Source: an uncultured Clostridia bacterium
GTDB taxonomy: Bacteria; Bacillota; Clostridia; Oscillospirales; CAG-272
Assembly: GCA_904502015.1 (NCBI GenBank)
Contig: CAJGEA010000001.1
Coordinates: 1 to 61,315 of the forward strand
Direction: 5' to 3'
DNA: 61,315 nt
Below are positions 35,578-45,623 of this stretch, one piece after another. The notes under the pieces are model-generated. The model was not told where the DNA came from. It saw only the letters and a program-made list of their open reading frames with translations, and searched no databases. The position numbers and the translations under genes were made by a program. The first letter of the stretch is position 1. Every line of letters starts with the position of its first letter.

Positions 35578-36216
35578 TTATTTGGAACTAATTTCACTAC
35601 GGCTGGTATAGATTTTATCAATCAAACCGTATTCAAGCGCCTGCTCGGCCGTCATGAAATAGTCGCGGTCGGTGTCGCGCTCAATCACATCGATGGATTT
35701 ACCTGTGTTCTCTGCGAGAATCTTGTTGAGCATATCACGCGTGCGCAAAATGAGGTCGGCACGGATCTTGATATCGGATGCCTGCCCTTGTGCGCCTCCG
35801 AGAGGCTGGTGGATCATGATCTCGCTGTGGGGAAGGGCAATGCGCTTACCCTTTGTGCCGGCAGAGAGAAGGAATGCACCCATGCTGGCGGCAAGACCGA
35901 TGCAAATAGTGGAAACGTCGCACTTGATGAACTTCATGGTGTCGTAGATCGCCATACCCGCCGTGACAGAACCGCCGGGGCTATTGATATAGAAGGAAAT
36001 ATCCTTATCGGGGTCTTGTGCCTCCAAAAAGAGGAGCTGCGCAACCACCAACGATGCGGTGGCATCATTTACTTCGTCAGACAAGAAAATAATACGATCG
36101 TTGAGAAGACGGGAGAAAATGTCGTAGGCTCTCTCACCCTGCGCGGTCTTTTCAATAACCGTAGGAACAAGAGCACCTCTCGTGGCTTGAACAAACGAAT
36201 TCATATCAGGAATCAT
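35578..36216 (-). CDS. clpP: ATP-dependent Clp protease proteolytic subunit
   Basis: [29 protein letters not shown] (catalytic Ser) and [17 protein letters not shown] before ATG 36216. Confidence 0.9.
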   Translation of the reverse strand: MIPDMNSFVQATRGALVPTVIEKTAQGERAYDIFSRLLNDRIIFLSDEVNDATASLVVAQLLFLEAQDPDKDISFYINSPGGSVTAGMAIYDTMKFIKCDVSTICIGLAASMGAFLLSAGTKGKRIALPHSEIMIHQPLGGAQGQASDIKIRADLILRTRDMLNKILAENTGKSIDVIERDTDRDYFMTAEQALEYGLIDKIYTSRSEISSK

Positions 36217-36311
36217 AGTGGAGTACCTCTCATTCTTTCTAATTTCATAATATGATTTACACACGGCAAGGTTCCGTGTAGCTTTTTAGGGGATTAACTG
36301 AACAACAGCGT

Positions 36312-36356
36312 TAAAAATGCAAATATTGCCGCGGCGCAGGGGAGCTACCGCGGCAA
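36312..36356 (-). terminator. terminator after tig
   Basis: TTGCCGCGG-13 nt-CCGCGGCAA hairpin (36326-36356), followed on the minus strand by TATTTGCATTTTT. Confidence 0.6.
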
Positions 36357-36367
36357 CATAGCATAAA

Positions 36368-37726
36368 TTACTCGGCCTTATCTTCGTCAGCGGATTCAGC
36401 GGTGGCCTTGGCCTTTTTAGCGCGGGGCTTCTTGGCAGGCATTGCCTCGGCAGCGACAGCGTGAGCCTTGACCTCGTCCATAGCCTTCTTGACCTTCAGG
36501 TCTGCGGCAACGGAATCAGCAGGAATCATGCCCTTGACAGCATCAACGTCCATCTGATAAGCTCCGGCCAGGCGAGCGTACTCTGCCTCAACCTCCTCGT
36601 CGGAAACCTGAATGTTCTCCAACTCGACGATCTTTTCCAGAGCCAGGCGAACCTTAACGAAGCTCTCAGCCTGAGGACGCATCTGCTCGCGCATCTGGTC
36701 AAGGGTCATGCCGGTGTACTTGAAGTAGGTCTGCAGATCCAAGCCCTGCATACGCAGGCGATTGTCGTAGTCACGGAGCAGGTTCTCGGTCTCAGCCTCA
36801 AACATAGCCTCGGGAATCTCCTCGCCACCCAGCTTCTCGGTGAGAGCCTTAACGACAGTCTCCTCAAAAGCGGCATCAGCAGCACTTTCATGTCTCTTCT
36901 GGATCTTTGCCTCAATATCGGCGCGATATTCAGCCATAGTATCGAATTCAGACACATCTTTGGCGAAATCGTCATCCAACTCGGGAAGCTCGATCTTGGT
37001 GATGGACTTAACGGTTACCTTGAAGGTAGCGTCCTTGCCCGCAAGCTCAGCGGCGTGATACTCGGTGGGGAAGGTGACGTTGACGTCAAACTCCTCGCCA
37101 ATAGCGTGACCGACGATCTGCTCCTCAAATCCGGGAATGAAGGAGCCGGAGCCCAACTTCAGCGCGTAGTCGGTACCCTTGCCGCCCTCAAATGCGACAC
37201 CGTCAACAAAACCCTCGAAGTCAATCTTGGTCAGATCGCCCATAGCGGCAGGAGCATCAGTTACCTCAATCTCGCGGCGATTGCGCTCCTGAATGATCTT
37301 AATCTCGTTTTCAATCTCAGTTTCGGTAACAGGCGCTACCTCGCGGGTAGCCTCAATGCCATAGTAACCCTCAATGGTTACGTCAGGCTTTACGGGAACG
37401 ACAGCCGTAAACACAATGCCGTTCTCATCAATGGACTTGATATCGAACTCGGCGCGGCCAACGGGCGTAATATTTGCCTCGGCCAAAGCTGCCTCGTAAG
37501 CATCGGGAAGAAGGTCATTGGCAGCGTCCTCATAGAAAACGCCCTTGCCGTACATACGCTCAACAACCGAGCGGGGCGCCTTGCCCTTGCGGAAGCCGGG
37601 GATAGTAATATTCGCGGACTGCTTGCGGAAAACCTTGGTGACAGCCTTTTCAAAGGTCTCCTTGTCTACCGAAAACTCAAGAGCAACCGTGCTCTTTTCT
37701 GCCTTTTCTGCTTTGATCAAACTCAT
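36368..37726 (-). CDS. tig: trigger factor
   Basis: Ribosome-binding signature GFRKGKAPRSVVERMYG, a central FKBP-like domain, and the conserved position upstream of clpP-clpX. Confidence 0.9.
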   Translation of the reverse strand: MSLIKAEKAEKSTVALEFSVDKETFEKAVTKVFRKQSANITIPGFRKGKAPRSVVERMYGKGVFYEDAANDLLPDAYEAALAEANITPVGRAEFDIKSIDENGIVFTAVVPVKPDVTIEGYYGIEATREVAPVTETEIENEIKIIQERNRREIEVTDAPAAMGDLTKIDFEGFVDGVAFEGGKGTDYALKLGSGSFIPGFEEQIVGHAIGEEFDVNVTFPTEYHAAELAGKDATFKVTVKSITKIELPELDDDFAKDVSEFDTMAEYRADIEAKIQKRHESAADAAFEETVVKALTEKLGGEEIPEAMFEAETENLLRDYDNRLRMQGLDLQTYFKYTGMTLDQMREQMRPQAESFVKVRLALEKIVELENIQVSDEEVEAEYARLAGAYQMDVDAVKGMIPADSVAADLKVKKAMDEVKAHAVAAEAMPAKKPRAKKAKATAESADEDKAE

Positions 37727-37783
37727 GATGTGGGGATTCCTTTCTTTTAATAAGTAAAGATACATCTTTTACATACATAGTAT

Positions 37784-37812
37784 ATTTTATCTTTTTTTGT
37801 GCATTTTGTCAA
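37784..37812 (-). promoter_or_regulatory. promoter of tig
   Basis: Minus strand: TTGACA (37812-37807), 17-nt spacer, TAAAAT (37789-37784). Confidence 0.55.
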
Positions 37813-37909
37813 TAGAAAACAATAAATTTTCTTTCCGTCCGAATCACGAAAGTGACGCAGAAGGGAAAGATAAAATTGTATAATGCGCCAAACCCGGTTG
37901 CTTTTTTCT

Positions 37910-38647
37910 TTAGAGACGGTGTAAATGAAAGTCCATGCAATCAGAGGACACAAGCGTCAACCGAATATTCTCGTATTCGCGGTAGCGCGGAGCGGCATAC
38001 ATTCCGTGAATATGTCCGAAATAGCAATCGGGATCACCATACTCGTGAAGCACGTCCACGAAGGGGCGACACACGAAATCCAGCCACACGGGAGGGAAGT
38101 GCAGAAACACCGAGATCGGCAACCGTAAGCCATCATCTGCCTCAATTTCTTTTTGCAGCTTGACGGCGTCATCCAGGCTCAGCTTAAGCCGAATCACCTC
38201 TCGGTTGATGATCTTGTCGTAATCTACCTCACCCACCGCGACCTGCTGTTTTTCTTCCATAAACCAACCACGCGTACCGCACACGATGTGCTCCTCCACG
38301 CGAAAGGCATTGTTATAGAGGAATTGAACCGTGGAGATGCCGTGGTCGGCCAAAAAACGGTTCATTTTATTTCCCGTTGACCACCAGAAATCGTGGTTCC
38401 CCTTGCCGATCAGCTTTTTGCCGGGGAGAGATTCGATAAACTGGAGGTCAGAGAGCGCTTCATCCAGATTCATCGCCCAAGAAATATCACCGGGGACGAT
38501 TACGGTGTCGGCGGGTGTGACCACATCGCGCCAATTTTTTTCCAGTTTTTCGGTGTAACCCTGCCAACGGCGGCCGAAAACCTCCATGGATTTATTGGTT
38601 TTTTGGTTCGTGGACAAGTGAAGATCACCAATCACGTATACAGCCAT
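37910..38647 (-). CDS. metallophosphoesterase
   Basis: VIGDLHL, VPGDISW and GKGNHDFWW motifs. GGAGGTG RBS. Confidence 0.75.
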   Translation of the reverse strand: MAVYVIGDLHLSTNQKTNKSMEVFGRRWQGYTEKLEKNWRDVVTPADTVIVPGDISWAMNLDEALSDLQFIESLPGKKLIGKGNHDFWWSTGNKMNRFLADHGISTVQFLYNNAFRVEEHIVCGTRGWFMEEKQQVAVGEVDYDKIINREVIRLKLSLDDAVKLQKEIEADDGLRLPISVFLHFPPVWLDFVCRPFVDVLHEYGDPDCYFGHIHGMYAAPRYREYENIRLTLVSSDCMDFHLHRL

Positions 38648-38761
38648 GGCAAAACACCTCCGTTTCTGAAATCATTGGCGGTATAAAAAACAAATGCGCG
38701 GGAACAATAGTTTCACGGGGTAATTGAATCCCCGAAGAAACAAAGTAAGGAAGAAATGATC

Positions 38762-38953
38762 ATGTCCGAAAAGAGAAGCGGTTGCGGCTGCAACCATATC
38801 AAGGGCGTTTGCTGCGACGTAAAGAACTGCATGTATCATGACGGCGAAACCTATTGCACCGCCAAGGAAATCACCGTCGGCCCTTCCTACGCGGCAGATG
38901 GTAAGGACACCGCCTGCGCCACCTTTAAGCCTCACGATCAGTACAACGGCTGA
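38762..38953 (+). CDS. DUF1540 family small Cys-rich protein
   Basis: CGCNHIKGVCCDVKNCMYHDGETYCTAKEITV pattern. The second ATG (38762) has better spacing to the AAGGAAG RBS than 38756. Confidence 0.7.
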   Translation: MSEKRSGCGCNHIKGVCCDVKNCMYHDGETYCTAKEITVGPSYAADGKDTACATFKPHDQYNG

Positions 38954-38981
38954 TTGCGGCATTAGAGCCGGATTTGCAGAG

Positions 38982-39008
38982 GGGGCTGTCACCATGAGCG
39001 ACAGCCCC
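38982..39008. terminator. bidirectional hairpin between DUF1540 and thrC
   Basis: GGGGCTGTC-9 nt-GACAGCCCC. Confidence 0.55.
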
Positions 39009-39028
39009 GATCGGCAAACGTACATATA

Positions 39029-40519
39029 TTACTTGCAGTAATCAAGAACGGCGATAGGCATATCCTTGTAATCAATGGTTTGGGTGAACCGCACCTCGCG
39101 CTCACCCAGCCCGCGCAGGGGGTAGGGGATTTCGGTACCCGTGGCCTCTACGAGCTGATCCAGCGCGGCGAGCGGATCACGGGGCAGAACGGCACCGTCC
39201 GAAAGGGAAGTAAACACATCGGCGGCAAACTTGTAGGGGCTGGCCGTGGATGCGACAACCATGGGAACCGAATGGTCAGCGATATCGGAAATGTACTGCT
39301 CGGCGCAGCTCAAAGCCACGGCGGTGTGAGTGTCGGCCAGATAGCCGTGCTTCTCGAAATAGGTACGGATGGTCTCGGCGGTGGTTTGCTCGTCTGCAAA
39401 ATAGCCCGAGAAATTCTGCGCGATAGCCGCCTTTACGTCAGCGTCAACGGTATATACTCCATCAGCCTTGAGGCTCTCCATGTAGGCGGAGGTGCGCTCC
39501 TCGCCCGCAGAGAGGCAAAGCAGACGCTCAAGATTGCTGGAAATGAGAATGTCCATCGAGGGGGACATGGTCAGGTGAAAATCACGGTTGCGGTCATAGG
39601 TGCCCGTGCGCAGGAAGTCGGTCAGAATGTTGTTCTGGTTGGAAGCACATACGAAATGGCGGATGGGCAGACCCATGAGCTTTGCAATGTATGCCGCGAA
39701 GATGTTACCGAAGTTACCCGTGGGAACGCATACGTCCATAAGGTCACCCATCTTGATCTTGCCGCCCGCCAGGAGATCGCAGTACGCCGAAACATAATAC
39801 ACGATCTGGGGAGCCAAGCGCCCCCAGTTGATGGAGTTGGCGCTGGAAAGGATGTAGCCGCGCTCGTTGAGCGCCTTTGCCATATCCGCGTCGCCAAAGA
39901 TCTTCTTCACGCCCGTCTGCGCATCGTCAAAGTTACCGTGAATGGCGCATACGTTGACGTTGTTGCCCGTTTGGGTGGCCATTTGGAGCTTCTGCACGCG
40001 GCTGACGCCGTCCACGGGGTAAAATACCATGATCTTGATACGATCAATGTCCTTGTAGCCCTCAAGAGCCGCCTTGCCCGTGTCCCCCGAGGTGGCAACG
40101 AGAATCAGCGCGTTGCGCTCCTCACCCGTCTTGACCAGCGCGCGGGAGAGCAGGCGGGGCATGATTTGCAGAGCCATGTCCTTGAAAGCGGCGGTCGGGC
40201 CATGCCACAGCTCCAGCGAGTAGACGTTATCGTGCAGGTGAACCAGCGGAGCGGCACCGCCGGGGAAGGAGCTCTCGGCATAGGCCGCAGTGCAATCCGA
40301 AAGCAGCTCCTCGTAGGTATAGTCCGAGAGGAACTTGCCGAGGATCTTGGCTGCACGAACGGGGTAGGAATCGTTGCAGAGTGTCGAGATATCGTCGGCC
40401 GTCAGCGCGGGAATGGTCTCGGGGATGAACAATCCGCCGTCGGGGGCAAGTCCCATCTTAATGACTTCAGCGGCGGAATACTTCTTGTGTGAGGCGTCGC
40501 GGGTGCTTTGATACATCAT
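39029..40519 (-). CDS. thrC: threonine synthase (long form)
   Basis: PLP-lysine motif TAAFKDMALQ, ATSGDTGKAA, and the N-terminal MYQSTR... pattern typical of ThrC. Confidence 0.9.
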   Translation of the reverse strand: MMYQSTRDASHKKYSAAEVIKMGLAPDGGLFIPETIPALTADDISTLCNDSYPVRAAKILGKFLSDYTYEELLSDCTAAYAESSFPGGAAPLVHLHDNVYSLELWHGPTAAFKDMALQIMPRLLSRALVKTGEERNALILVATSGDTGKAALEGYKDIDRIKIMVFYPVDGVSRVQKLQMATQTGNNVNVCAIHGNFDDAQTGVKKIFGDADMAKALNERGYILSSANSINWGRLAPQIVYYVSAYCDLLAGGKIKMGDLMDVCVPTGNFGNIFAAYIAKLMGLPIRHFVCASNQNNILTDFLRTGTYDRNRDFHLTMSPSMDILISSNLERLLCLSAGEERTSAYMESLKADGVYTVDADVKAAIAQNFSGYFADEQTTAETIRTYFEKHGYLADTHTAVALSCAEQYISDIADHSVPMVVASTASPYKFAADVFTSLSDGAVLPRDPLAALDQLVEATGTEIPYPLRGLGEREVRFTQTIDYKDMPIAVLDYCK

Positions 40520-40553
40520 GATTTTTGTTCTCCTGTCTATGTATGATCTAAAT

Positions 40554-41513
40554 TTATTTCAAATTTTTGATGGCAAAATCGTAGGCGTTGCCAAAGAAAA
40601 TCTTATCTATCAACTCGTCCGAATAGTTGTGACGGGCCATGATTTCAGCAACGAGAGGCATTGCCCCAAGGCTCTCCATGCCCTCGGGCAGGTCGGTTCC
40701 GTCCCAATCCGCGCCGAAGCCGACGACGTCCTCTCCGCCGTGGGACAGGTAGTAGTCCACGTGAGCGAATACGTGCTCGGGGGTAGCGGGATGTTCCTTG
40801 TGACTAGTCAGATGCGAGCGGCAAAGGCTGACACCCACCGTACCGCCCAGCGCGCGAATGGTATCGAAATGACGGTCGCGCAGATTACGGCTGTGAGCAT
40901 ATACCGAGTAAGCGTTGGAATGGGATGCGATCACAGGCTTGCCATATTGAGTGGCAATGTCGAGAATATCGTCCGTGGATTTCTCGGATGCGTGGGAGAC
41001 ATCGGGGATGATCCCCAGCTCGAAGCAACGGCGCACCGTCTGCTTGCCAAGCTCGGTTAAGCCGTTCTCGGTATCGTGCGAGCCGCCGATGCAGGAGTTG
41101 CCTCCCCACAAAAGGGTCAGGTAACGCACACCCATCTCGTGCAGAATATCCAGTCTTGTAAGGTCTCCTGCGATCAGGCGGGCATCCTCCACCGCAAGAA
41201 TGGCGGCATGCTTGCCTTGCTCCAGCGCCGTTGCAAGCTCGTGGCCGGTGCGCACACGTGCCACTTTGGCCGACAACCGCTCAATATCACGGTCAAAATA
41301 GTCAGCAATACGCAAAAAATCCTGCCAGCAGGCCTCGTCATCCAGACGGCGGTTGCTCCATACGGCATAGTATTGCGCGTATTGGCTATACGGGGTGGCA
41401 TTTGCGAGGGAAACGTGGCAGTTGTTTTCGTCAAGTCCGACTTCTCGGTGATACAGCTCGTAAGCGGTGTCGCAATGGGAGTCAAAAAAACGTAACGGTT
41501 TCATAGAGTTCAT
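40554..41513 (-). CDS. membrane-dipeptidase family (M19) dipeptidase
   Basis: FDSHCDTAYEL, DVSHASEKS and ASHSNAY metal-ligand motifs. Confidence 0.8.
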   Translation of the reverse strand: MNSMKPLRFFDSHCDTAYELYHREVGLDENNCHVSLANATPYSQYAQYYAVWSNRRLDDEACWQDFLRIADYFDRDIERLSAKVARVRTGHELATALEQGKHAAILAVEDARLIAGDLTRLDILHEMGVRYLTLLWGGNSCIGGSHDTENGLTELGKQTVRRCFELGIIPDVSHASEKSTDDILDIATQYGKPVIASHSNAYSVYAHSRNLRDRHFDTIRALGGTVGVSLCRSHLTSHKEHPATPEHVFAHVDYYLSHGGEDVVGFGADWDGTDLPEGMESLGAMPLVAEIMARHNYSDELIDKIFFGNAYDFAIKNLK

Positions 41514-41556
41514 ACCTCCTGTATTACGCTATGAATATATGAAAGGGAACCCAAGG

Positions 41557-41973
41557 TTATCCTTTGGCACCGAACGCGTTGTGAAAGGGAACCACCTGCT
41601 CCACGGCGTGAGTACCGTCGGCGTTGCGGCGCAGATACACCTCAACGATGTCAATGCGGGGTTGCTTGTAGGTGTGATGCTCCCGAAGGTAGCCCTTGGC
41701 GGCGTTCACGGTTCGCATTCGCTTGTCGCGTGTTACGGCAGATGCGGGGCGACCGAAGCGCGATTCCTCGCCGTAGGCTTGGTGGCGGGATTTCACCTCA
41801 ACGAACACAAGGTGGGTTTCGTTTTCTACGATCAAATCCAGCTCGTTGTGTGCCACGTGCAAATTACGCGCCACAACAGTATATCCATGGGATACGTAGT
41901 ACGCCGCAGCAGCATCCTCACCGAGTTTGCCATAGATCTGCCTGTCGGTGGGCTTTTTCTCTGCGGTGCTCAT
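41557..41973 (-). CDS. yraN: YraN family (UPF0102) endonuclease-like protein
   Basis: GEDAAAAYYVSHGYTVVARN ... ELDLIV ... VFVEVKSR. 4-nt overlap with the rnhB stop. Confidence 0.8.
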   Translation of the reverse strand: MSTAEKKPTDRQIYGKLGEDAAAAYYVSHGYTVVARNLHVAHNELDLIVENETHLVFVEVKSRHQAYGEESRFGRPASAVTRDKRMRTVNAAKGYLREHHTYKQPRIDIVEVYLRRNADGTHAVEQVVPFHNAFGAKG

Positions 41974-42596
41974 GTCTTACCCTCGCTAAGAAAACGGATG
42001 AATTTGGTGCGGTGAATGGGCGCGGGGCCATGCTCACGCAGAGCGTCCATGTGCGCCTTGGTGCCGTAGCCCTTGTGCTTGGCTATGCCGTATTGCGGGT
42101 ATTCCTTATCCATTTCCTCGCACAGGCGATCACGGGTAACCTTCGCCAGAATCGAGGCGGCCGCGATGGACATGGAGCGCGCGTCGCCCTTGACCACCGC
42201 CTGCGCAGGGATAGGGAAGTCGCGGTCGATATTGCCGTCGATCAGCGCATAGTCCGCCGTGTACGGTTCGCCTTCGGGGGTGTGTATGGAGGCGATGGCG
42301 CGTCGCATGGCGAGCAGATCCGCCTCCAGAATGTTCAGCTCGTTGATCTCCTCCACGCTTCCCTCGGCGATGCCAAAGGCAACGGCATTTTGGCAAATCA
42401 AATCGAATAATTTGTCGCGTTTCTTCGGGGTCAGCTTTTTGGAATCGTCCAAGCCGGGCAGATCGAAACCAAGCGGCAGAATGCAAGCCGCCGCTACTAC
42501 GGGGCCGCAGAGCGGGCCTCTTCCTGCCTCATCCACACCGCATATATGCGAGTAGCCCTGTTCCATGAGCTGTTTTTCCAGTTCGTAATCAGGCAT
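41970..42596 (-). CDS. rnhB: ribonuclease HII
   Basis: GVDEAGRGPLCGPVV, DSKKLTPKKR and ASILAKVTRD. Confidence 0.9.
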   Translation of the reverse strand: MPDYELEKQLMEQGYSHICGVDEAGRGPLCGPVVAAACILPLGFDLPGLDDSKKLTPKKRDKLFDLICQNAVAFGIAEGSVEEINELNILEADLLAMRRAIASIHTPEGEPYTADYALIDGNIDRDFPIPAQAVVKGDARSMSIAAASILAKVTRDRLCEEMDKEYPQYGIAKHKGYGTKAHMDALREHGPAPIHRTKFIRFLSEGKT

Positions 42597-42601
42597 GATG
42601 G

Positions 42602-43492
42602 TCAGTCCTTTTCAGTCAGGGAATCGTTTTGCGGCAACGAATCAATGGTCATACGGCCAATGCGCCCTGCGCGGAATTCATCCACCAGAAGATTGGATGC
42701 GCGCTCTGTATCCACAATGCCGCCGGGGATCAGACAACCGCGCTTCTTACCGATCAGCTCCATGAGCTGAAGATCGGTGAGGGATTGCCAATCGGTATCG
42801 GCCAGCTTGTAGCGGGTTGCCAGCTCGGCGGGATACATCTCACGCAAACGGCGCACGAGGATGAGCCCAATGCACTCGATATCCAGAATATCGTCCTTGA
42901 TGGCACCCGTCAGCGCGAGGTTTTCGCCAACCAGCACGTCCTCGAACTTGGGCCAGAGAACGCCGGGCATATCCAGCAGGTCAATACCCAGCTTGGTGGT
43001 TACCCATTGCTTGTTGCGGGTCACACCGGGGCGGTTTTCCACCTTGGCTTTAACGCCGCCGCTCATGCGGTTGATCAGCGTGGATTTACCCACGTTGGGC
43101 ACACCCACCACCATGGCGCGCAGGTGGCGGCCGCTCTGTCCCTTGTCCTCGTACCGCTCGATACGGTCGTGCAGAACGCGTCGGATAGCGTCGGGGAGCT
43201 TGTTGATGCCCTCGCCCGTGACGCAGTCGCAAAGAATGCATACGGTGTACGGATCGGTATAATGCTCGACGAACGCGCGGCTTTTTTGGGGATCGGCGAG
43301 GGACGCTTTGTTGAGAAGCAGGATGGTGGGCTTGTTGCCCGTCATCTTGCGCAGCTCGGGATTGCGGGAGCTTACGGGCACCCGCGCGTCCAGTACCTCA
43401 ATGACAATATGAACGTTTTTGAGATTCTCGGTGATCAAGCGGCGCGTTTTCGCCATGTGACCGGGAAACCATTGAATCTGCTCGCTCGGCAT
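42602..43492 (-). CDS. ylqF: ribosome biogenesis GTPase YlqF/RbgA
   Basis: Circularly permuted GTPase: IQWFPGHMAKT, DARVPVSSRNP, NKASLAD and GVPNVGKST. Confidence 0.9.
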   Translation of the reverse strand: MPSEQIQWFPGHMAKTRRLITENLKNVHIVIEVLDARVPVSSRNPELRKMTGNKPTILLLNKASLADPQKSRAFVEHYTDPYTVCILCDCVTGEGINKLPDAIRRVLHDRIERYEDKGQSGRHLRAMVVGVPNVGKSTLINRMSGGVKAKVENRPGVTRNKQWVTTKLGIDLLDMPGVLWPKFEDVLVGENLALTGAIKDDILDIECIGLILVRRLREMYPAELATRYKLADTDWQSLTDLQLMELIGKKRGCLIPGGIVDTERASNLLVDEFRAGRIGRMTIDSLPQNDSLTEKD

Positions 43493-43541
43493 GAAAATCT
43501 CCTATCTTCAGTAATTTTTGGTGTTATTTTATTTGTTCGGC

Positions 43542-44168
43542 TTATTTGGAAAAGCAGTAGATCACTTTCCCCAGTACGCGCCGCTCGTCCACGAATCCGA
43601 TGGCGTCAAAGCGGCTGTCCGCCGAATTGTTGCGGTTGTCACCCATGACGAAAAAGCATCCGTCAGGAACGGTGACTTCAAAAATACCCGTGGTATAATC
43701 AAAGGCGTAATTGGGAAGCTGAGTCCATTGCCCGATCGATTGCCCCGATGCATTGAGCAGGGCACGGTAGGGCTCATCCAGCCGTTGACCGTCTACGTAG
43801 ACCGTGCCGCTCGCGTAATCAATACGAACAGTCTGTCCTTCGGTAGCGATGACGCGCTTGACAAGGGGCTCGTTATAGCGGTCGTAGCTTTTGCTGGTCT
43901 GGTGAAACACGATAATGTCCCCTGGCTTGGGCGACACAAGGCTCGTGGTGATGAGCGTCTGCCCGTGGTAAAGGGTATTGCACATGGACGTTCCACTGAC
44001 GCGGCAGACTCGACCGAGCAACGTGAACATGAGCAGAACAGCGCAAACGGCGAACACCAGAATCTCAAAATAATCGAATGCAACCTGAACAAAGCTCTCG
44101 CGGGGGGCGGGGGCGGTATCGGTATCGACCGACATGTCTGGCGCATCGTTGATAGGCATATCCGACAT
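43542..44168 (-). CDS. lepB: signal peptidase I
   Basis: SGTSMCNTL (catalytic Ser), KRVIA (Lys box) and GDNRNNSADSR. Confidence 0.9.
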   Translation of the reverse strand: MSDMPINDAPDMSVDTDTAPAPRESFVQVAFDYFEILVFAVCAVLLMFTLLGRVCRVSGTSMCNTLYHGQTLITTSLVSPKPGDIIVFHQTSKSYDRYNEPLVKRVIATEGQTVRIDYASGTVYVDGQRLDEPYRALLNASGQSIGQWTQLPNYAFDYTTGIFEVTVPDGCFFVMGDNRNNSADSRFDAIGFVDERRVLGKVIYCFSK

Positions 44169-44192
44169 GGGATACCTCCTTGCTTGATAGGG

Positions 44193-45407
44193 TTATTTGC
44201 GAATCACACGCTCGAGAAGGGTATATCCGTTGGGAATATACGCCCCCGTGGCGGTGGCTGTCGCCTCCGAGAAGGAGGTCACGCCGCTCTCTTTTTCTTG
44301 CTCCGAATTATAGATAAAGTAGGGAACGGGATCGCTGGAGTGGGTGCGGATACGCAGGGGTGTGGGGTGATCGGGGAGCACTACGACCGTGAATGCCTCA
44401 CCCGTGCTCTTGAGATATTCGTATACGGGGGCGAGAATCTTTTGGTCGATCTGCTCGATGGCACGCACCTTATTTTCCACCTCGGCGCGGTGGCCGCACT
44501 CGTCGGGACCTTCTACGTGAACGTATACGAAATCGGCACCGTCACGGAATGCGCCGATGGCGGCCTGCGCTTTCCCATCGTAATTGGTATGTACGTTGCC
44601 CGTTGCGCCCTCCACGTCGATGGAGCGCATGCCAGCGCACAGACCAATGCCCTTGATGAGATCCACGGCCGAGATCACAGCACCGTCAATACCCCACTTG
44701 TCTTTGAAATTGGGCAGGCTGGGCTTCTTGCCGGGACTCCACAGCCACGCCGAGTTGGCAGGCTTGAGACCGCGGGCGCGGCGCGCCTCGTTGACGGGAT
44801 GATGATTCAGAATCTCGTAGCTTTCCTTCATCAGACGGTAAAACTCCTCGCCGCCATTCTCGACCGAGGGCAGATAGTCACAGATGCACTGACCGATGAT
44901 ATCGTGGGGGCGGGAGAATTCGTAGGTATCGTTGCCGTCCTTCCACAGAATGCAATGGCGATAGCTGACACCCGTGTAGAAGTGGCGGAACTCGGTGCCA
45001 AAATGCGCCTCCAGTGCCTTAATGAGCTGATCCGCCTCCTCGGTGGTGATCTCATCGGCGCTATGATCCAGCATGATCTTGTGGTCGTAGTCCTCGTCCT
45101 CGGACAAAGTCACCACGTTGCAACGGTACGCCGTCTGGTCGGGCTGCATGTCCAGACCCATGCTGAGCGCCTCCAGCGGGGAGCGACCGCGGGAATATAC
45201 CTTGGGATCGAAGGAAAGGATCGCCATGTTTGCCGTGTCGCTTTCGGGTACCATGCCGGCGGGCACATTCAAAACCGTACCAACCTCTGCGTGACGGCAC
45301 AGCTCGTCCATACAGGGCTTGACAGCCGCTTCCATAGGCGTACGATCACCCAGAGCAGCTACGCGCTCGTCAGCCATACCATCGGGAATAACAACCAAAT
45401 ATTTCAT
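44193..45407 (-). CDS. apgM: cofactor-independent phosphoglycerate mutase (ApgM type)
   Basis: KYLVVIPDGMAD, HVEGPDECGH and VLPDHPTP. ATG 45407 behind TGAGGT. The ORF-track extension to 45500 is rejected. Confidence 0.85.
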   Translation of the reverse strand: MKYLVVIPDGMADERVAALGDRTPMEAAVKPCMDELCRHAEVGTVLNVPAGMVPESDTANMAILSFDPKVYSRGRSPLEALSMGLDMQPDQTAYRCNVVTLSEDEDYDHKIMLDHSADEITTEEADQLIKALEAHFGTEFRHFYTGVSYRHCILWKDGNDTYEFSRPHDIIGQCICDYLPSVENGGEEFYRLMKESYEILNHHPVNEARRARGLKPANSAWLWSPGKKPSLPNFKDKWGIDGAVISAVDLIKGIGLCAGMRSIDVEGATGNVHTNYDGKAQAAIGAFRDGADFVYVHVEGPDECGHRAEVENKVRAIEQIDQKILAPVYEYLKSTGEAFTVVVLPDHPTPLRIRTHSSDPVPYFIYNSEQEKESGVTSFSEATATATGAYIPNGYTLLERVIRK

Positions 45408-45450
45408 GTTTTTTACCTCATTATAATCATAACGATAGATTAACCAATTT

Positions 45451-45479
45451 ATTATACCACATTTCCCGCTCAGATACAA
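45451..45479 (-). promoter_or_regulatory. promoter of the apgM-lepB-ylqF... operon
   Basis: Minus strand: TTGTAT (45479-45474), 17-nt spacer, TGgTATAAT (hexamer at 45456-45451). Confidence 0.55.
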
Positions 45480-45531
45480 CAGCATTTCGAGATAATTCAT
45501 GAAAATTTTATAAAAAATCTTTCCTCAAGGC

Positions 45532-45560
45532 TTGCAAGGGGGCGAGGGATATGGTATACT
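45532..45560 (+). promoter_or_regulatory. divergent promoter of the 45624 gene
   Basis: TTGCAA (45532-45537), 17-nt spacer, TGgTATACT (hexamer at 45555-45560). Confidence 0.55.
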
Positions 45561-45623
45561 GTGTAAGAAGACGCTGACCTCTTTGGAATACATGATTTAT
45601 TGCACGAAAAATAAGGAGTATCT